This document shows positions 58,482 to 64,000 of a stretch of 64,000 nucleotides of DNA, one piece after another (position 1 is the stretch's first letter; every line of letters begins with the position of its first letter). Source of the DNA: Phoronis australis (Eukaryota; Animalia; Phoronida); assembly GCA_002633005.1 (NCBI GenBank), contig NMRA01000612.1, positions 184,240-248,239 of the forward strand. The letters run 5' to 3'. The translations under genes were made by a program, and so were the position numbers. A model generated the notes under the pieces. That model did not search any database and had not been told where the DNA came from. It saw nothing but the letters and a program-made list of their open reading frames with translations.

Positions 58482-61400
58482 CAGGCCCGTAGGAAGGAAA
58501 AAAATATTAGGGGTTGGGGGGCACAAACCAATTTGACGTCGCCAACCTACCCCCTTGCTATCGCCACCCGCCNNNNNNNNNNNNNNNNNNNNNNNNNNNN
58601 NNNNNNNNNNCCCACCCACTCCGTTCTCTGGATGTCACCATATTTGTTCCGAATCCCCCACGTCCGCCATAGGTGGGGTAATACCGGGGATGCAGCCATC
58701 AGGATTTGAGTAACCGTGAACCAACAAAGTTTCACGGACGGTAAGAATGGGTCTAGGTCAGCGCACTGACAGGTAGCTGGGAGCTGCCTGAAGTAACTTT
58801 AGCTGGGTTCCAACAGTGGATTCGTACCTATTCCTCTGCTCTGGGTTGAAGGTCAAGGTTTGTTTTATTATGATCCAGTTTCGGGGAAAACTGCATTTTA
58901 TTATGGCCATTTTTTAAGTAATTTCCTGAAAAGGTGAGGTACCGAGGTGCCTGGTATGAGTACCTTTGTGGCCGTTTCAGAATCCCTATATGAAACACAG
59001 CCGGTAGTCCAGTTTCTGGTTGCTGAAGAAATTGATACAAAAATGTACACACTTCAACGTCTGGAGTTCAAATTCAGTTCCCGTTGGTAACATAGATTCT
59101 ATGCAGGCCTACAGCATGGTTACACCTTATTTTTAACGTGGGTGTGCCATGCATACGCGCCCCCGGGAGGGGGAGCTCGAGGGGTTTGAACGATCCCCCC
59201 ATACGGAAAAGTGGACAGAAAGGTCCACCTCAAAGAAACAAAAAGTTCGAGAAAACGAGACAAAAGACAACTAAGGCAGGAATTTGGCGTACGCACAATT
59301 CATAGCCCTGAACGGATCCCGTATTCCATTTTTTTAGTAAAGTGTCCACATCCTCAAAAATTCGCGGCCCCCTATATTTTAGGCTGGGTGCGCGCATGTC
59401 GTGAGTGTGTAGTATGCACGGGAAATACAAGCAAATGATTCAGTTTTGAAGAACAAAAATTCATTGCGTAATACTACTGGAAACTAAATACATCATCAAG
59501 TAAGTGCAAAGAGAACCTTCCCAAATTGATGACCAATAAGTTAGATTTTATTTGTTGAAGTATTTAACCTTCTTTTTCTATCTACTGTTTGTAAACTTAA
59601 ACCCAGTAATATAGTTCCTAAGCCAATAAACGATTTATTGTTATTCGAATTGTGAGAACATTTTGGGACACTTTGTAGTGTTGTCCGAAATTCATCAATT
59701 TCCTTGAGACTTAATTCAGACAAAACTCGTTTATTGTACGAATTTTCCCAAAGTCGGCCTGCAACAAAGTTCATTGAAGCATTATTATTTCTTACAAGAT
59801 TAGCTTCTAATTGTCAAAAAAAACACCTCTCAATCGGTCCATTTTTATACATAAACATGTAAACCAGAAACCAACAATCAAATCCATGAGCAATGCGTTT
59901 ACCTTGATTTAATGACTTAATTCCTTTTTGTTCCCCTGTTAGTGAGTTTAAACAACAAATCTTGCACCGAAGTCAAAGAGCAATGCATTTATTGTCATTT
60001 GAATTGTGAGTAAATTTTTGAGAAGTGTCCAAATTTCATCAATGTCTTTGAAAGTGCACTTTACTATTTGGGGATCGGATTATGGAGTTTTTTCCATATT
60101 CTGGCTTCAACCTAATTCCCTGAATCGTAATTATCAAAAATCACCTATTAACCTGTCGGTTTTCTTAGATACAAAAACGTGTAAATCAGAAACCAGCGAA
60201 TTTGTTTTGTGGAAAACGGAATGTTAAAAGCATTTTCCGCATGCTCGCAGATTTTTGCCGGGTAATCGGGGAAAAATGGGAGATTGGGCATTCACAGTTC
60301 ACATTTTTGTTCATTTCCAAGGTACCTATAACGGTTCACGAGTTGAACTTCAGCTTAAAAAACTGAAACATTTGTTTATTATTGCGAGTATTTGAGTACA
60401 CTCGTTCGACATGTACACGGTCACTCCAAGGTAGCCTCGACAGCTGTGTTTCACACATGTGGGATATCCTTACCAATCACTAAGAGTAACATTTTCAGAA
60501 GAGATACTATTCTTGTGATACTATGGGAAACAGTAACATTATTCTATAACTAACCATTGGAAATTGTCCTTTTTGTGTTATTAACAAATAGCGGTCTTCG
60601 CGTTCTTCAAAATTCCACCCTTTCGATGGCGGTCAATCCTATTGTATTTTTTCACAAATTTTGGTTGTTTGGGTGGAATGTCTTGATACTGCTTTGCTCT
60701 GCACGAATGTTTTGTGTTTTTTTTTTTTTTTTGATGAATTTGGAATATAAACTTCCCTCGTGAATACTTGGCAATGTCGGATTTACATGTAAATAGGGAC
60801 AAAGGGAAATTTCTCCGAACTGCTCCACCGAGAGAGGTCCCGTCTGAAATAGGACATCTTAATTATGAAAGGCTAAAGATCATTAAGCTTGGAAAAAAGT
60901 GACAGTTCATTCCACTGTCGTGTGGTCACAAGACGGTGCAGGAAGTGACTTTCCTCAACATGAAAGACGGTTGCACGATTTCACGAAAAACAGGAAACTA
61001 GACGTAATTGAGTCCAATTTTGGGCCCTCTAGCCGTGGACCCTTAAGAATTTGTTAATAAAAACATGAAAAGGGTGGCCACTTGAATGTCATCAATGGCC
61101 TCCTTCAAGGGTGGGGCCCCTCAATATGAAAATAACTATATTTTGAAAAATCAAGAAATGTGCAGCAATTGATGTCAGATTATCAATTTTTCTCACGTGA
61201 TATACAATTCGAGAAAAAAGCGACAGTTGTCTCCGTTATCCCTTGCCAGAGAGGGGCCTCTGGAAATGTGGTTTTGTAGTCGCAAAATTAACTCGTTGAA
61301 TTTAAAAATACGGAAAATTAATACGCTCCGCAAAAGCTTCGGTTTACAATTTTTTGATTTTTTGAAATATATGCATGAATCATTACGTGGACATTTTCAA

Positions 61401-61605
61401 GTGCGTTTAGATGACCTGTCCTGCGAAAGCGGAGATTCCAACAACAATGTCCTGGCCAGGGTCCTCAAAAGGTAAACCATGCACTTATGTTCTCTGGAAT
61501 TTTCTCTTATTCGCATTTAGCAGTTTTTCTTTTCTCGACTGTTCCCGCCGCATGCGTATGACGCTTGAAAAATTTGGNCCGGTCCCGCCGCTTCCTACGG
61601 CCCTG
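58482..61605. mobile_element. TIR-bounded segment with 5-bp TSD (3.1-kb element, or short MITE split by assembly)
   Basis: CAGGCCCGTAGGAAG...CTTCCTACGGCCCTG, ATAAC on both flanks; Ns just inside both ends. Confidence 0.6.
59152..59398. mobile_element. MITE with CAT.CGCGC termini
   Basis: CATACGCGCCCCCGG...CTGGGTGCGCGCATG. Confidence 0.55.
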
Positions 61606-61717
61606 ATAACGTATTGCCAATCTGTAATAAAAAATCAATTTTCAAACAAAAGGACCTTCGTAAAAATGTCTTAATGTTTTATCAATACGCCCATAGTATC
61701 GACTTTTACGAAATCTG

Positions 61718-61850
61718 GGTAGAGTTCAGGACCAACGCTAGAACCTAGCTAAAATCTAGCCAAAACTACCTGCTGAAATGCACGGCAATTTCTCACGTAA
61801 TCTCTCGAAGTCTTGTTTTTTATCGAGGGCCTAACGTTACTGAACTCAGG
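61718..61850 (-). mobile_element. MITE family A, copy 5 (reverse, diverged)
   Basis: Reverse complement of the family core, GCACGGCAATTTCTCACGTAATCTCTCGAAGTCTTG. Confidence 0.75.
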
Positions 61851-63886
61851 GTGAGTTTATAATGAACTTTTTGTGACACGAAAAAACTGGTTCCAATAGT
61901 GGCAGAGTTGAGATAGAGCAGTTACGGACACAAAACATGTGTATTGGTTTGATGTATGATGTTTTACATTTATCAGATTTGAACAATGAAATTTGAACAT
62001 CCACAGGAGGGACTACTTCTCTGTAAGCGGACTTTTGATATGCCACATATTTGACGACGAGTCGGAATTTGGCTTTTCTATGCGGCCCATCTGACTTGTC
62101 TATATTACCATTCCAGTCAAGCGAACAACTCGAAAACGAGGCCACGTGGTTATTTTTTTATCCATGCTAAGAAGGTACGACTTGCCTTAGATTCGTATTT
62201 CGTCATTTCATTGAAGGTTGCCCTAAAGGAAATGCGAGCAATCGAAATCATTGAGCCACAACTGAATAGTGTTTTGTCTTACAGAAAATGAGCGAATTAG
62301 GAGACGATTTCAGATACTGAACTTCAATTTCTTACATTAATTTCTCTCCAACTCTTAAAAACGTTTTTTGACACACGTCTTGAACTTGCGTTGACTCTTT
62401 TGAATGCGGTGGCGTTGGGTCATGATTTAGATACGTTCGTTGTTTAACTTATGTATAGTCGAAAATGTATTTCTAACGCTTAAGAATCAGATAGCGCTGC
62501 TTGAATGCTCAACTGAAAATCTTAGAACTACGTCTTGTGGCTTTTCAAGAATTGGCTTTTATTCTGCGAAAATAATTCAAAGGTGATTTATGCTTTAGAG
62601 TAACTCATTATGTACACTAGCTTTTTCTGGACTTCAATTATAACACTTTATATTTTCGTTCTTTAAAAACATCAAAAAATCATTGCGACTTCTTCAAAAA
62701 ATTTAAAAGTATTTGTGTCATTTAATTTCACTCTAAATGTCCACCTCCGGCAGCCGCCGCTCGGGATCGTGTTCCTCCCATGTTGTGTTCTTCTTAAAGG
62801 CATTTACCCTTTGTGAATTCATCCTGTCGTCAGGAAAATAACTTTGATTCGTGCTTGGTGCTTGTCTGTTTGGATATGCTAGCCTATAAGATTAAATATT
62901 CGCAAAACTGATCTGGTACTCGGGGGTATCGATGAACTGATAATGTTCGTTGTACCCTTCAGTGCCCTCCAACTATGTTGATAGAGGATGATGTCCCCTC
63001 CGGGTTTTTAATCATTTAAACAACAACGTTTATAATTACACATTTGCATGGTAATCAAACGTGAGCATCACCATCACTTAGAGTGTGGCATTTCAGAAGT
63101 CACTGAATCGTTCATCTTTTTTCACTCCCTCATTGACAAGTAATGCTGTTCGTTTTACGTCACCCAAGATATGACTAACTAATCATTTATGTTGGAAATC
63201 AGCAAACTTATATTTTGCTCGAAGCCTAGTTCTATTTCAAGTACCAAATAAATTTGCTATAAAAATAAGCAAGTATTACTTGAATTTGTTTTGCAATGTC
63301 AGTTTATTTGTAGCAGTGCGTAAACGAATCTGATGTAAAGATATAGTCCCAAGGTTAAACTCTAAAACCTTGTCGAATGAGCTGTTTTGTACATGTGAAA
63401 GCCAAAAAAAACAAGAACCTCTCTACCAGCAGCGGGTTATATTGTTCAACGGCAGTGACAGAGAAAGGTTTTCGAAGATCCTGGGGCTCCCATAGTAAAA
63501 TGAAATGTCCCTGATTGTCAAAGTGCGTCCACAACTTTCGAGGGCTTCTTGTAGCTACGGTGCGCGGGTCCTAACTTTGCGAGGCCCTAATTAATTGTAA
63601 CCTAGTTAGCTGAAAGCGGAAATTGATTAAGACCACTTACCATTATGAAATTGGTCTCAAATTGACTTTTAGTTTAATTGGAGGTGATTTCAGGTGACCG
63701 GGCTCTGCAAATGGCTTGTCGCGGCGTGTCGAGCGTGGTCTCAGGGAATAAAGAACTGTCAGTTCTTTGCAAACCTAGAAATCATTTCCCATCTGTGTAA
63801 GGAACATGTTGAAACCAATTTTATAGCAACAAGTGACATAAATCGAAAGTTCGCTTCCTGCACGGAACGCGAGTTTATTCGGCAGG

Positions 63887-64000
63887 GAGCAGACATAACC
63901 CACGAGTGAGTGTTGGCAGTGAGCAGACTTTACCCACGAGTGAGTGCCGGCATAGCGAGCAGACATTACCCACGAGTGAGTGCTGGAAGTGAGTAGACAT
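63887..64000. repeat. ~35-bp tandem repeat, runs off the window
   Basis: GAGCAGAC.T.ACCCACGAGTGAGTG x3 or more. Confidence 0.85.

Overview
Intron-rich, AT-rich eukaryotic DNA, probably from a marine invertebrate (inferred from gene content and repeat style). Three spliced genes could be rebuilt by hand from GT-AG junctions and reading phase: (1) the 5' part of a REPS1-like EH-domain endocytic adaptor on the minus strand (ATG at 11054, running off the left edge, with at least one exon probably lost in the N gap); (2) a complete 6-exon GT7 beta-1,4-GalNAc/Gal transferase (bre-4/B4GALT-like, +, 19671-34942, 428 aa); (3) a complete 9-exon divergent anion-selective Cys-loop channel subunit (-, 38258-53726, 440 aa). 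Introns and intergenic DNA hold many MITEs, tRNA-derived SINE heads, tandem repeats and decayed Gypsy, LINE (RNase H), ISL2EU-like (YqaJ, THAP) and Kolobok-like relics. The most notable structures are a 96-bp near-perfect inverted repeat bracketing a frame-preserving catalytic exon of the glycosyltransferase, a tandem array made of copies of a REPS1 exon end plus its splice donor, and non-canonical residues in the channel. No database searches were run; family assignments rest on recalled motifs.
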